A stretch of 64,000 nt of DNA from positions 214,148,001-214,212,000 of the forward strand of contig OX597815.1 of NCBI GenBank assembly GCA_951406725.2. Direction: 5' to 3'. This document shows, one piece after another, positions 52,856 through 64,000 of the stretch (position 1 is its first letter; each line of letters opens with the position of its first letter). This DNA is from Octopus vulgaris (taxonomy: Eukaryota). The position numbers were made by a program, and so were the translations under genes. The notes below the pieces were generated by a model. That model ran no database searches. It saw only the letters and a list, made by a program, of their open reading frames with translations, and was not told the origin of the DNA.

Positions 52856-53232
52856 TCAAATATGTGATCTTGTACCAGTGCCCTAAAGAACCCTTTGAAT
52901 GTATAAATTTGTGCCATACTAATATGATCACTTTTAATATGTTGCCTTATGCCCCTGCCTGAAAGACCCCTTCAAATGCATGTTATTACGTCCATGTTTG
53001 AAAGTGCGGTTCAAATATCAAACCTTGTGTCTATAATTGAAGGAAACTTTCAAATGTGTGATCTTATGCCCATGTCTGAAAAAGCCCTTCAGACGTGTTT
53101 GTATTTGTGCCTATGTTTATTAGAACCTGTCAGATGCGTGACCTACTCATACTAGAAAAAACCGTTCAAATGTGTGAGCTCACTAAAAAGAACCCTTTTA
53201 AACTGACATTCTTGACTGTGCTAGAAAGAAAT
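52856..53232 (+). repeat. Diverged tandem array, about 10 units of ~39 bp
   Basis: Approximate consensus TCAAATGTGTGACCTTGTGCCYATGYYTGAAAGAACCCT; follows a decayed family A-like SINE at 52680-52860. Confidence 0.78.
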
Positions 53233-53326
53233 CAATGTATATATCCTTGGGAGCTGCAAATGTCACGATCGATAGGGAAACTGCTTGGAAGCACTATGAT
53301 TGGAATTGTGAAAATGAATGATGCCA

Positions 53327-53712
53327 TCTATGTATCTATAAACGGCAAAATGTCTGTGTATGTGTGTCTATGTGTCCTTTATACAAATCCAGTTTTTCAA
53401 GTAAAAGGCTCGCACTTTCTATGGGCCTTCAAAATTTCTGGGGGTGGTCGTGAAGATATTTTCACTTCCCCAGTTAGCCCAGAATCCATTAAAAAATCTA
53501 TAAACCGACTCCTTATGCCCATAACTTATGGGAATATAGGCATTGCCGAAGTCCAATGAATATTAATTACTCTCATAAAAAGATCCAACTGGCCCGGGCT
53601 GAAATGTGATAAGAAGCTTAGCTCTTCATTTAGTGAGAATTTTTTTACTGCGACCCGGCAACGAACAACAAGCACTAGCACTAGACCCGGCAACGCCGGG
53701 TCATAGTGCTAG
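53327..53712 (+). mobile_element. Non-autonomous Helitron
   Basis: Starts A|TCTATGTATCTATAAA; GC hairpin GACCCGGC-AAC-GCCGGGTC at 53684-53702; ends CTAG|T; no TSD. Confidence 0.85.
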
Positions 53713-53909
53713 TTCTTTAATATAATTGCTGTAACAAAACCATCACCATATAAGTAATTTGTAAGGGAATAGACCCTGCAGAACTGACTTGCTCTAAGTA
53801 CATTACGCCCCTAGGGATCATAAGGCTCACAATATTTCAATATTCTTACCTTTATTTTATATTTCTATCTGATTATTTTTTCAATTTTGTTTTTCATATT
53901 AAGGGATTC

Positions 53910-54340
53910 TAAGGCAGTGAACCCGCGGAATTCGCACGCCGGGCAAAATGCTAGCGGCATTTCGTTCGTCTTTACATTCTAAGCTAAAATTCCGCCGAGG
54001 TCGACTTTACCTTTCATTCTATCGGGGTCGATAAAGTAAGTACCAGTTGAGCACTGGGGTCAATATCATTTACACTGAAATTGCTGGCCTTGTGTCAGAA
54101 TTTGAAATCAAAATAAAGGGATTCTGAGGCAGAGTGGTTTGCAGAAATCATAGTGTCGAACAAAATGATATGTAATATTTAGTTTCGCTTCTTTACGTTC
54201 TGCGTTCAAATCTTGCCAACGTCATCTTTATCTTTCATCATTTTGCGGTCCATTAAAAAACAAACGGCAGATCAAACACTGGGGTTCAATAGATCCTGTT
54301 TTCCCGCATACAAGCCAGAATTTTGTGACCAAAATTTATA
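53910..54340 (+). mobile_element. Two SINE family A copies in tandem
   Basis: Each preceded by TAAGGGATTCT-like sequence; B box and core present. Confidence 0.72.
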
Positions 54341-54902
54341 ACCAAATAAAAGTAGGGTGACTTATACACAAAGACGATTCTGGAGGACCAAAAATTCGAA
54401 GTGAAATGCAGTCGGAATTGGAAAGATCGTGAAAATGTTTGTATGTTTACACTATATACTATATCGACTTGTATGCCGGAAAATAAGGTAAATGTCTGTC
54501 TCCACCCACCCGAAAAAAATTTCAGCATTCGGACCTTTGTAAAGAATCAATGTTCATGGATGCTTTTCTATCTATATTTTGCTTCCTTTTTATTCTTCCT
54601 GCTCTATTTTGTTCATTTGGCGTTTGGCCCCAGGTCTGGAACTCTTTGAACAAACCTATGATGAAAGGCTGATCAAAATCTATGATCATCCTTTCTTTTA
54701 TACGGATATAGTAGACTCAGGACTACATTATCATAAGCATCATTCATTTTTTTAAGGTAACAGGGTATGATTTGAAGGAGAGTTAGCTACTATTTCTCGC
54801 AGGCCGATTGACAACGTAAAGGCTCCTTCATTAGATTTTTCCTTATATTTTACTTTTTATTTTGTTCGTGGCCTTTATATATATATATATATATATTTCT
54901 TT

Positions 54903-55570
<668 letters not shown>

Positions 55571-56199
55571 AAAGGTGATGCCCCAGCATGACCGCGGTAT
55601 AATGACTGAAACAAGTAAAAGGTAAAAGAGGAATGTGTGTGTGTGTATGCTTGTGCGTATGTATGCTTGTTTTGCTTTACACTCTTTCTGCTATTTCCTC
55701 CGCCCCTGTTATTTTTTTCTTCCGTTATATGTTTATTTATTTTTATTTTATTTACTTATTTTTGTTATTCCCTATTTATTTCCCCGTTTATGTGACGATG
55801 CTATTGTTATATCTGCTTAGATCTTCTCGTTAGCTTTGCTTGTTTGACGTCGCTATTTTCTGACTAGAAATTATAATAGCAAAATAAAATAAAAATAAAA
55901 TGAAACAAATTAAAATAAAATAAAATAAAAAAGCTGGTTTCTGACTAAAGAAGCAAAGAGATTATTATCAAAGTGGTGTCCTCCTTCACAAATAACTGCC
56001 ATGTATATTTCAATATTTGGTAATAATAGAAACATGTTGTGAAGAACTTCTAAAATAAAGTGTACCGTGAAAGTTATGGAGGTATCATGTTTCCATCATT
56101 GAGGGCGAAAAGGAGAGAAAATTCCAAGGAGGTACTGTAAAACTGTGACAGAGTGACAATTCGGGAGAGTCAAAGACTATATGTGTGTTTGAGTGAGCG

Positions 56200-56205
56200 C
56201 GTGAG

Positions 56206-56238
<33 letters not shown>

Positions 56239-56885
56239 CTAAGAAGCTGAGACAAGGACTGAGAGTGTGCGAGAGACAGGAGATAGTATGGAGATGTTAA
56301 ATGGAAACAAAGGAAGTGAGAATTTGATAAGGAGAGAGGAATTTTCGAGATAATATTTTGCGAGAGAACAACAGAGAAAGTAAGAATATGTAAGAGAAAG
56401 AGAGAGCAAGGGGGAAATAGAGCTGAGAGAAAAAAAGTGAGTGTGGTGGGGGATTGTTATGAAAACGATAGCTGGAATGAGAGTTGTCGGTAGGAGAGAG
56501 AGAATGTTAATGAAAGGAAATATGATTTAATGTTTAAAGTGTGAGGTAGACATGGAGGAAGAAGGAATGATGAGCTGCGAGAGAGGAAGAGAGACAAAAC
56601 AGCAGAGAGAAATGGATGAAGAGCGAGGAAATAGGAGGAGGGGAAAGAGAGAAGGTGGAAAGGGGGTTGGTGGTGTAGAAAATAAGGGAGAGAGAAGTAA
56701 AGAAAGAAAGGAGAGAGAGAGAAGAATAAAAGGGTGGAAATAAAGAGAATAGGAAGAAAATAAGAAACAGGGATGGAGAAGGGGTTAAAGAAATGTGGAA
56801 AGAAAAGGGAAGATGAGACAGAAAGAAGAAAGAGAAGTGAGAGAGATTCCTCAACTGAAAATAGGGAAAATGATGAGGAGGCAGC
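56200..56885. repeat. Purine-rich (GA) low-complexity tract
   Basis: About 680 bp of strong A/G bias on the + strand. Confidence 0.85.
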
Positions 56886-57189
56886 AGACATTCAAAATAA
56901 ACCTGAACTTTTGGTTGTTCAGGTAAATCAAAAGCTCTTCTATTCACATTGGCTCTTATATAGGAAAAATATTGATCGATTTTCTACAGGTACAAAACAC
57001 TGACATTTGTTTGTTTGTTTTTTTTCTAGTTTAACAGAGATATTGTGACGTTTATTTATTTTCCAAAGATATTGTGGAATTAGCTAAGTTAGTAACAAAT
57101 ACATTTACTGAAGGGGTTATTAATAAAACATCGGAGCTGTTTTAATTTTATTCTGTCTTCATCAGTAAAGCCTGACCTTCGTCTAGAAA

Positions 57190-57315
57190 CAGTGGTCCCC
57201 AACTTTTTCACTACCAAGGACTCCTTTTATTTAACTGAGTTTTCCCACGGGCCCCAGCACTACATCCTGACGGACCACCAGCACTTCATTTGCGACCACA
57301 GGTTGGGAACCACAG
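57190..57315. mobile_element. hAT (Charlie-like) MITE
   Basis: CAGTGGTCCCCAAC...GTTGGGAACCACAG; flanks GTCTAGAA and CTCCAGAA resemble the NTCTAGAN target. Confidence 0.75.
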
Positions 57316-57486
57316 CTCCAGAAGGCAAAATAAATTAATCACTAAGTAAATGTCAAGATGAATTAGTAATTGTTCAAGATAAATTAATGTTTATATTTGT
57401 TGGCATAAGAAAAGAAAATTATCCAAACAAATAATTCAAAAGTGCCATCCGTGTGAAAAAAGCGATGCGTATGTTGTGTTCTTGAC

Positions 57487-57655
57487 GCGTTGTGTTCTTG
57501 AGCAAAACACTTCACTTCACGTTGCTCCAGTCCACTCAGCTGGCAAAAATGAGTAACGCTGCGATGGACTGGCGTCCCGTCCAGCTGGGGAACACATACG
57601 CAATAGAAACCGGGAAACCGGGCCCATGAGCCTGGCTAGGCTTTAAAAGGGCGCA
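57487..57655 (+). mobile_element. 5'-truncated SINE, C centre with tail T2
   Basis: GCGTTGTGTTCTTGAGCAAAACACTT...CCAGTCCACTCAGCTGGCAAAAATGAGTAACGCTGCGATGGACTGGCGTCCCGTCC. Confidence 0.8.
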
Positions 57656-57658
57656 TTT

Positions 57659-57941
57659 GGAGGCGCAATGGCCCAGTGGTTAGGGCAGCGGACTCGCGGT
57701 CGGAGGATCGCGGTTTTGATTCCCAGACTGGGCGTTGTGTGTGTTTATTGAGCGAAAACACCTTAAAAGCTCCACGAGTCTCCAGGGGGGGGGGCGACCC
57801 TTGTTGTACTCTTTCTCCAAAACTTTCTTTCATTCGGTCTTCCTGTTTCTTGAGTAACGCTGCAATGGACTGGCGTCCCGTCCAGCTGGGGAGAACACAG
57901 AAACCGGGAAACCGGGCCCGTGAGCCTGGCGTGAAAAGGGC
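57659..57941 (+). mobile_element. SINE head B with tail T2
   Basis: Full head B; tail nearly identical to the adjacent C-type copy from TGAGTAACGCTGC onward. Confidence 0.87.
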
Positions 57942-58559
57942 GAAAGGAAAAGAAAAGATATACTTCGTGCAACGAAACTGGTGATAATCCCTAAAACAGT
58001 CTTGAATAATGGCAAGCTAACTTTTCTGAATTAAACTGTTTCCTTTCTGTTTATTGATAATCCCATGAAGGAAGGTGTGGCATTAAACCGTGTTTGCTCA
58101 CAATATATTGTTAAAACGCGAAGACCGACTCACTTACTATAACCATTGGTGATATATCATTGAGATTTGTTTATGTAACAATGCTAAAAACAAACCTCCT
58201 TCACTCATCAAAACCAGAAAATACTTCATAGTTAAATAAATAACAGGTTTCTGGTAATTTAGAAAGCTGAAACAAGACTATGCCGCTCACATACATACAT
58301 GTTACATACATACGATTACTACTCACACACACACACACACACACACAAACAAATACCCATCCTCAACGGCATCCCAAGAAAAGGCATCACATTGACTGGC
58401 AAATATTCACTTACCAATATACTTCAGTTAATAACACACAAGTGGCTCTGTTTCTTCCCCGTCTCACTTCTCACTATTATTGCAATCTGCTTTAAAATAA
58501 TTAAATTTTTAACCTTAGTAACCCTTCCGTAACCATCCAATAAATTCTATCATTTATTT

Positions 58560-58766
58560 TTCACATGTTTCAGTCTCGAGACTGCAGCCATGCTGGAGCA
58601 ACGCCTTGAAGAACTTTAGTGGAATGTATGCTTTTAAAGTACATATTCGTTTAAATGCAGGTACTTATTATATCGGCCACTTTCCTGAACCGCTAAGTTA
58701 CAGGGATGTAAACACACCAAAAGCGGTTGTCAAGCGGTGGCAGTGGAGGGACAAACACAGACACAG

Positions 58767-58800
<34 letters not shown>

Positions 58801-59393
58801 ATATATACATACATATTAACATACATACATACATACATACATACATACATTTCTGTGTGTGCGCGTGGGTGTGGGTGTGAAGGCGCATGTCACAGTGTTT
58901 AGAACATAAGGCTCACAATCATGAGGTAGTAAGATCGAATCCCGAGCAGGACGGTGTGTTATGTTCTTGAGCAAGACATTTAATTTCACATTACTCCAGT
59001 TTACTCAGCTCTAGAAATGAGTTGTGACGTCACAACTGGCGAACTGTATTGGCAGCTTTGTCTTTCCCTTGGGTAGCATCGGTGGCCCGGAGAGCGGAGG
59101 CTGGGTGATTGCTGGTCTTCCATAAACAACCTTAATCGGACTTGTGCCTCGAAGGGTAACATTTTATGGGCAACCCTATGGTCATTCATGACCGAAGGTG
59201 GGGTCTTTTACATGTGTGTATACACACACACACACATATATATATATATATCAACGAGCTTCTTTCAGTTTCTGTCAACCAAATCCACTTCGGTCGACCC
59301 GTGGCTATAGCAGACAAGTGCCACGCAGTGGAACTGAACCGACAACTAAGTGGTTGGGACGCAAACCTCTTACCACACAGCTACGCCTGCGCC
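58560..59393 (-). mobile_element. Full SINE family D (head 59393-59253, microsatellite spacer, 3' half 58770-58560)
   Basis: Both halves in the same orientation and order; spacer interrupted by another SINE. Confidence 0.72.
58878..59210 (+). mobile_element. SINE head C with tail T3, nested in the family D spacer
   Basis: TGAAGGCGCATG head; AGAAATGAGTTGTGACGTCAC...CCGAAGGTGGGGTCTTTTAC tail as at 36122. Confidence 0.78.
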
Positions 59394-59774
59394 TAATACT
59401 CCGCCACCCGATTCTTCTCATTTTCTTACTCCTTTCATTTCGCACTTCACGAAGACTCCCTGAACGAAATAAACATCATACCCAATCGAGCGATTCCAGT
59501 ATAGCAACCATTTGGGAATGCCTTCTGTGTTGCATGTCTGCTGCCGGCATAGTCTTGCAGTTAGGGACTCTGAACATTGCCGAATTTGCATTCCAAAGTC
59601 TCTGCGTCACCTTCAGGACAAGAAAATGCTTCAGCCTTGACCAGTTGATGACCCACCGGAAAACTCAAATCGATTCATTAGTCCTGTGGTGGGCGCAGGG
59701 ATGTGAAGAGTATATCAGCTCTGTCCGTCCTGATCTGACTAACAACCATACACACACACACACACTCATATGCA

Positions 59775-59828
<54 letters not shown>

Positions 59829-60135
59829 AATAATAATAGTAGTAGTAATCTTGTTATTTTTGATTATAGTTTTAATTATGCTAACTCTACCTGTCTGCGC
59901 GCTTTCAAACATATTTGATTAATCAATATCATCAGCTTCAGCATTTTCATCTTCGTAATCATCATCATCATCATCATCATCATCACCATCATCACCACCA
60001 CACCATTATCATCCTCATCACCACGCTACCACCACCGTCTTCATCATCATCGTCATCATCATTATAATCATCATCAGTTTGTGATCAACCTCACCGTCAG
60101 TATCATAATCATTATTATTATTGTTGTTGTTGTTG
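59775..60135. repeat. (AAT)n, (CAT/CAC)n and (TTG)n trinucleotide tracts
   Basis: Read directly; further tracts at 60685-60770 and 61061-61190. Confidence 0.9.
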
Positions 60136-61279
60136 TATGTCAGTTTTTCCCTCTTTCTCCATGTTCCACCTTCTCGGCCAACTCATCTCTCTCTCTGTCT
60201 CTCTCTCTCTCTCTTTCCATCGCAATTATAAAACCACTACCTAAACCACAGATAGCCAAAAATGACGAAGATGTTTTTAATTAAGAGAGAATATGATAGA
60301 CGCATTAAATAGCTTTTCTACTTGAAATCATTTTCCTGGAGGAACACACACGGACAACAGGAAAGAACACAAGGAAGAGACAGAGTTGAGTTATGCACAC
60401 ACACACACACACACACACACACTGACGCATGCATATTTGCTATAGGCGCTTACATACACATTTGCACGTATCCGCACATGCACATACTACACAGATGGGG
60501 CACAGGGTCCTATACAGGAAACATAGCAAAAACAAGAAGAAAAAAAAAAGGAAAAAAGACAACAGCAACAACAACTAAAGCTATAGGAAAGGTAAATAAA
60601 ATTATGGTAGGGAACACTTGAGAATCCAACCGGAAATTCCACTTACAAGCTGCCACAGACAGACAATCGGCATAAATAGTAAAATACTACTACTACTACC
60701 ACCACTACCACCACCACTACCATTTCGACCACCACCACCACCACCACCACCACCACAACTGCTACTACTACATACTTGAGTCTCCTCCCCCGACACCTCT
60801 TCTCCTTCCTTGCTCCTTATTTTTCGTTTTCGTCTTTCTTCTTCCCAACGAAGAAGAGAGACAAAAAAAGAAAAGGAAAACCAAATAATTATTGGGAAGG
60901 AAATACTGAGTGAGTTCTTAGTAAATGAATAATGAAAAATAATGAATGAACGTCTTGTTGAGGAGGAGGAGGAGAGGTGAGGAGTAATTGAAACGTAGTT
61001 ACAAAAGAGAGTAGAGTGAGAACAGGTTATTAAATTAACAGACAGTCGTGATGAAAAGATCATGATGATGATGATGACGATGGCAACGACGATGATGATG
61101 CCGATGATGATGATGATGACGATGGCAACGACGATGATGATGCAACGACGATGATGATGCCGACGATGATGATGCCGACGGGGTGGAAGGAAAGCTGTAA
61201 GATTGAAGTAAATGTTTAGGAAGACGTTGACGATGTAGCTGAAGGAATGTTTGTGGTGAAATGTATAGATGTATAAATA

Positions 61280-61945
61280 TTGATTTCAGATTTTGGCGCA
61301 AGGCCAGCAATTTCGGAGGAGAGGATAAGTCAATTATATCGACCCCCAGCACTCAACTGGTACTTATTTTATCCACCCCGAAAAGATAAAAGGCGAAGTC
61401 GACTTCAATAGAATTTGAGCTCAGAACGCAAAGACTGGTGAAATGCCGCTAAACATTTTGCTCGGCGTTTTAGCGATTCCGCAAAAGGATATATGAAAAT
61501 TGACTTCAAATTTTTACACAAGGCCAGTAATTTCGAAGGAGAATATTAGTCGATTACATCGACTCCAGCGCTCTCTTGGTATTTATTTTATCCACCACGG
61601 AAGGATGAAAGGCAAAATTTTGACCTTGGCTGAATTTGAACTCAGAACGTAAAGACGGAGGACGAAATGCCGACAAAAGTTTTGCCCGGTTTATTAAGGA
61701 TTCCGCAAGAGGATAAATGAATATTCTTTTCTACTCTAGGCACAAGGCCCGAGATTTTTGAGAGGGGGCCAGACGATTAGATCGACCCCAGTACGCAACT
61801 GGTACTTAATTTATCGACCCCGAAAGGATAAAAGGCAAAATTTGACCTCGGCTGAATTTGAACTCAGAACAAAAAGACGGACGAAATGCCGATAAACGTT
61901 TTGCCCGGCGTTTTAAACGATTCTGCAAAGGATAAGTGAATATTA
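61280..61945 (-). mobile_element. Three tandem SINE family A units
   Basis: Units of ~220 bp, each ending GATTCYGCAA(A/G)AGGATA..TGAA.ATT on the + strand. Confidence 0.85.
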
Positions 61946-61959
61946 TCACTTCGAGAGTG

Positions 61960-62150
61960 AAGGCGCCAGCGCCTCTAAGTTCTTCGTGGAATTTCTTCCG
62001 ACTTTACGTTCTGTGTTCAAATTCCGTTGAGATCGATTTTGCCTTTAATCTTTTCGACAAAATAAGTAGCGGTTGAGCACTGAGATCGGTGTAATCGAAT
62101 TACCATTGCCCCTCAAAATTGCTGGCCTTGTGCTAAAACTGGAAACTATT
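61960..62150 (+). mobile_element. SINE family A, decayed
   Basis: TTTACGTTCTGTGTTCAAATTCCG...GCTGGCCTTGTGC. Confidence 0.7.
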
Positions 62151-62411
62151 ATTACTTAGAGTGTGCGTAATGTACGTCCAAGGGCGACGTTTTTGTTTAT
62201 ACTACAAGTGATAAAATAACGCTAACCTTGTTTTACATTCACATAATAATGTGTAAAGAGGGTGAGTGTGTTATTGATGATGTCATTGACTTGCTCCAGG
62301 TCAGTCTTGACTAAACAGAACAATGCTCAGATAGGTTCCACTCACAACCATCACATTTTTATCCCGATGTTACAAATTTAGCACATTATTCAATATGTTC
62401 CTTCCATTTAA

Positions 62412-62600
62412 AGGCGGTGAGTTGTCGGGGTTGTTAGCAGGTTGGGCAAAATGCTTAGCGGCATTTCGTCCATTTCTACGTTCTGAATTCGCCAAGGTCG
62501 ACTTTGCCTTTCATCCTTTTGAAGTCGTTAAAGCAAGTACCAATTAAATCGACTTTTACTCTCCCTTGAAATTGCTGGCCTTGTGCCAAAATTTGAAAGC
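62412..62600 (+). mobile_element. SINE family A monomer
   Basis: AGGCGGTGAG head and core; CTTCCATTT on both flanks. Confidence 0.75.
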
Positions 62601-62995
62601 AGTATGTTGCTTCCATTTTGAAAATTGTAAGGAAATTTGACTGCTATACTTTGAAAGTCAAACAACTATAAAGAGCTTCCGTATCCCAGTGATTTTACTC
62701 TTCGGGAAGTCTTCAACGACATCCTCTATCTCAACCGACTCAGATAATCTATTTCTGTTATTTTCTTTCTTTTTTTACTGTTAAAGTTAAATATTTCAAG
62801 CAATTAAACAAATCATGCAAGTGGGTGTTTGAATGGATTAGCAACGCTAAATCCACCACACTCCACAAAGAAGAATTTAAAAACTCGTTGAGACCAAATT
62901 CCCCTACAGTTTCTGATAAGAGATCATTTTTATCTGCAGGGTTTTCTTACTACTTATGATCGCCAGGATTTTCCTATCATGGAGAATATGTCAAG

Positions 62996-62997
<2 letters not shown>

Positions 62998-63031
<34 letters not shown>

Positions 63032-63335
63032 TGTGTACAGTGCTCAGGTGCACTACAACTCATCTAAAGTGTATATATAATCAGGTGTAGTTTCGGCGGA
63101 TTTCGGAAAGGATGAGGGCCTTAAAGGATGCAGTGTCATGGCAGTCAACAACTGACGCAGGCAGTTTATTCCATGCTTCAGCAACTCTGAGCGTGAAAAA
63201 ATGTTTCCGAAAGTCATGGGAGCTGTGTTGTTTTCTGACTTTGTAGGCATGTCCACGTGTGTTAGACACATGGAGATCAAAAAGGTGTTCAGTGTTGTTG
63301 TTGGTGAGGTTGTTGGTGAGGTGTATAATAGCTTT
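62998..63335 (-). mobile_element. 3' end of a CR1-type LINE with (ATT)n tail
   Basis: EHLFDLHVSNTRGHAYKVRKQHSSHDFRKHFFTLRVAEAWNKLPASVVDCHDTASFK (TRGH..K, R..FF..RV...WN.LP motifs), short 3' UTR, then (ATT)n. Confidence 0.9.
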
Positions 63336-63339
63336 TGAA

Positions 63340-63770
63340 TTTCGGCACAAGACAAGCAATTTTAGATGGAGGGTTAAGTCGATTATATCGGCCTCAGTGC
63401 TCATGGTTTGACAACGAAAGGACGAGAAACAAACCTGATCACGGTGGGATTTGAACTCAGAACATAAAAAGCCGGAAGAAATGTCGCTAAACCTTTTATC
63501 CTCCATGCTAACGATTCTGCTGGACCACCGGCTTAGGCATGTATCTATAATCTTTCCTATGATAAGCACAAGGCCTGAAATGTTGGGGGAGGGGGATAGT
63601 CGATTGCATCGACCCCAGTACGCAACTGGTACTTATTTCAATGACTCTGAAAGGAGGAAACGTAAAGTAGACCCCAGCGGAATTTGAACTCAGAACATAA
63701 AGAATGGATGAAATGTCGTTAAATATTTTGTCCGATGCGCTTGCGATTCTACTTGCTGACCGGCTTAGCC
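63340..63770 (-). mobile_element. Two tandem decayed SINE family A units
   Basis: GGATTTGAACTCAGAACATAAA twice; both end ACCGGCTTAG.CATG. Confidence 0.75.
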
Positions 63771-64000
63771 ATGCGTGAATAATAATAAATTTACGAATAT
63801 AGAATTAAACACAAAGACTACAAAAATTGAAATTTTCTCATAATTCGCCTCCTTATCGTTATTTTCCCGGAAACCATTAGTGGTCTCTTGTAGAATTCTT
63901 GGGTTCTGAGGAATTATACTTCGGAAACGCTAACATAAAGAATCTAGAGTTTTAGATGAATGTTGTTGTTCGTCTTAGTGTTTATCCTGCTTTAGTGCAG

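Noticed and set aside
52856-53232. CRISPR-like array
   Set aside because: Eukaryotic context, no constant repeat with unique spacers, no cas genes
59198-59779. 193-aa ORF
   Set aside because: Begins in SINE and microsatellite sequence from a GTG start; the unique part shows no motif I recognise

Overview
AT-rich, microsatellite-dense eukaryotic DNA with no intact protein-coding gene that I can support. Most ORFs in the track are artefacts of (TA)n, (CA)n and trinucleotide repeats or of SINEs. The repeat content (several tRNA-derived SINE families, Penelope-like ends in (TA)n, CR1/L2-group, RTE and Dong/R4 LINE remnants, hAT and mariner MITEs, a Helitron) suggests an intergenic or large-intron region of an Octopus-like cephalopod; this is an inference. 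The strongest signal is at 1-1156: the GIY-YIG end of a Penelope-like retroelement, followed by two identical, intact type I hammerhead ribozymes 351 nt apart. Their palindromic helix III would allow dimeric cleavage and release of a 351-nt, possibly circular RNA. Other notable items are solo elements with a variant hammerhead-like core, SINEs that mix two heads with five tails, an ~83-bp duplication flanking a SINE, a Helitron end that appears to have copied its former flank, a nested SINE stack and a 39-bp array derived from a SINE tail. Family labels A-D and tails T1-T5 are my own working names. Boundaries of decayed repeats are approximate.
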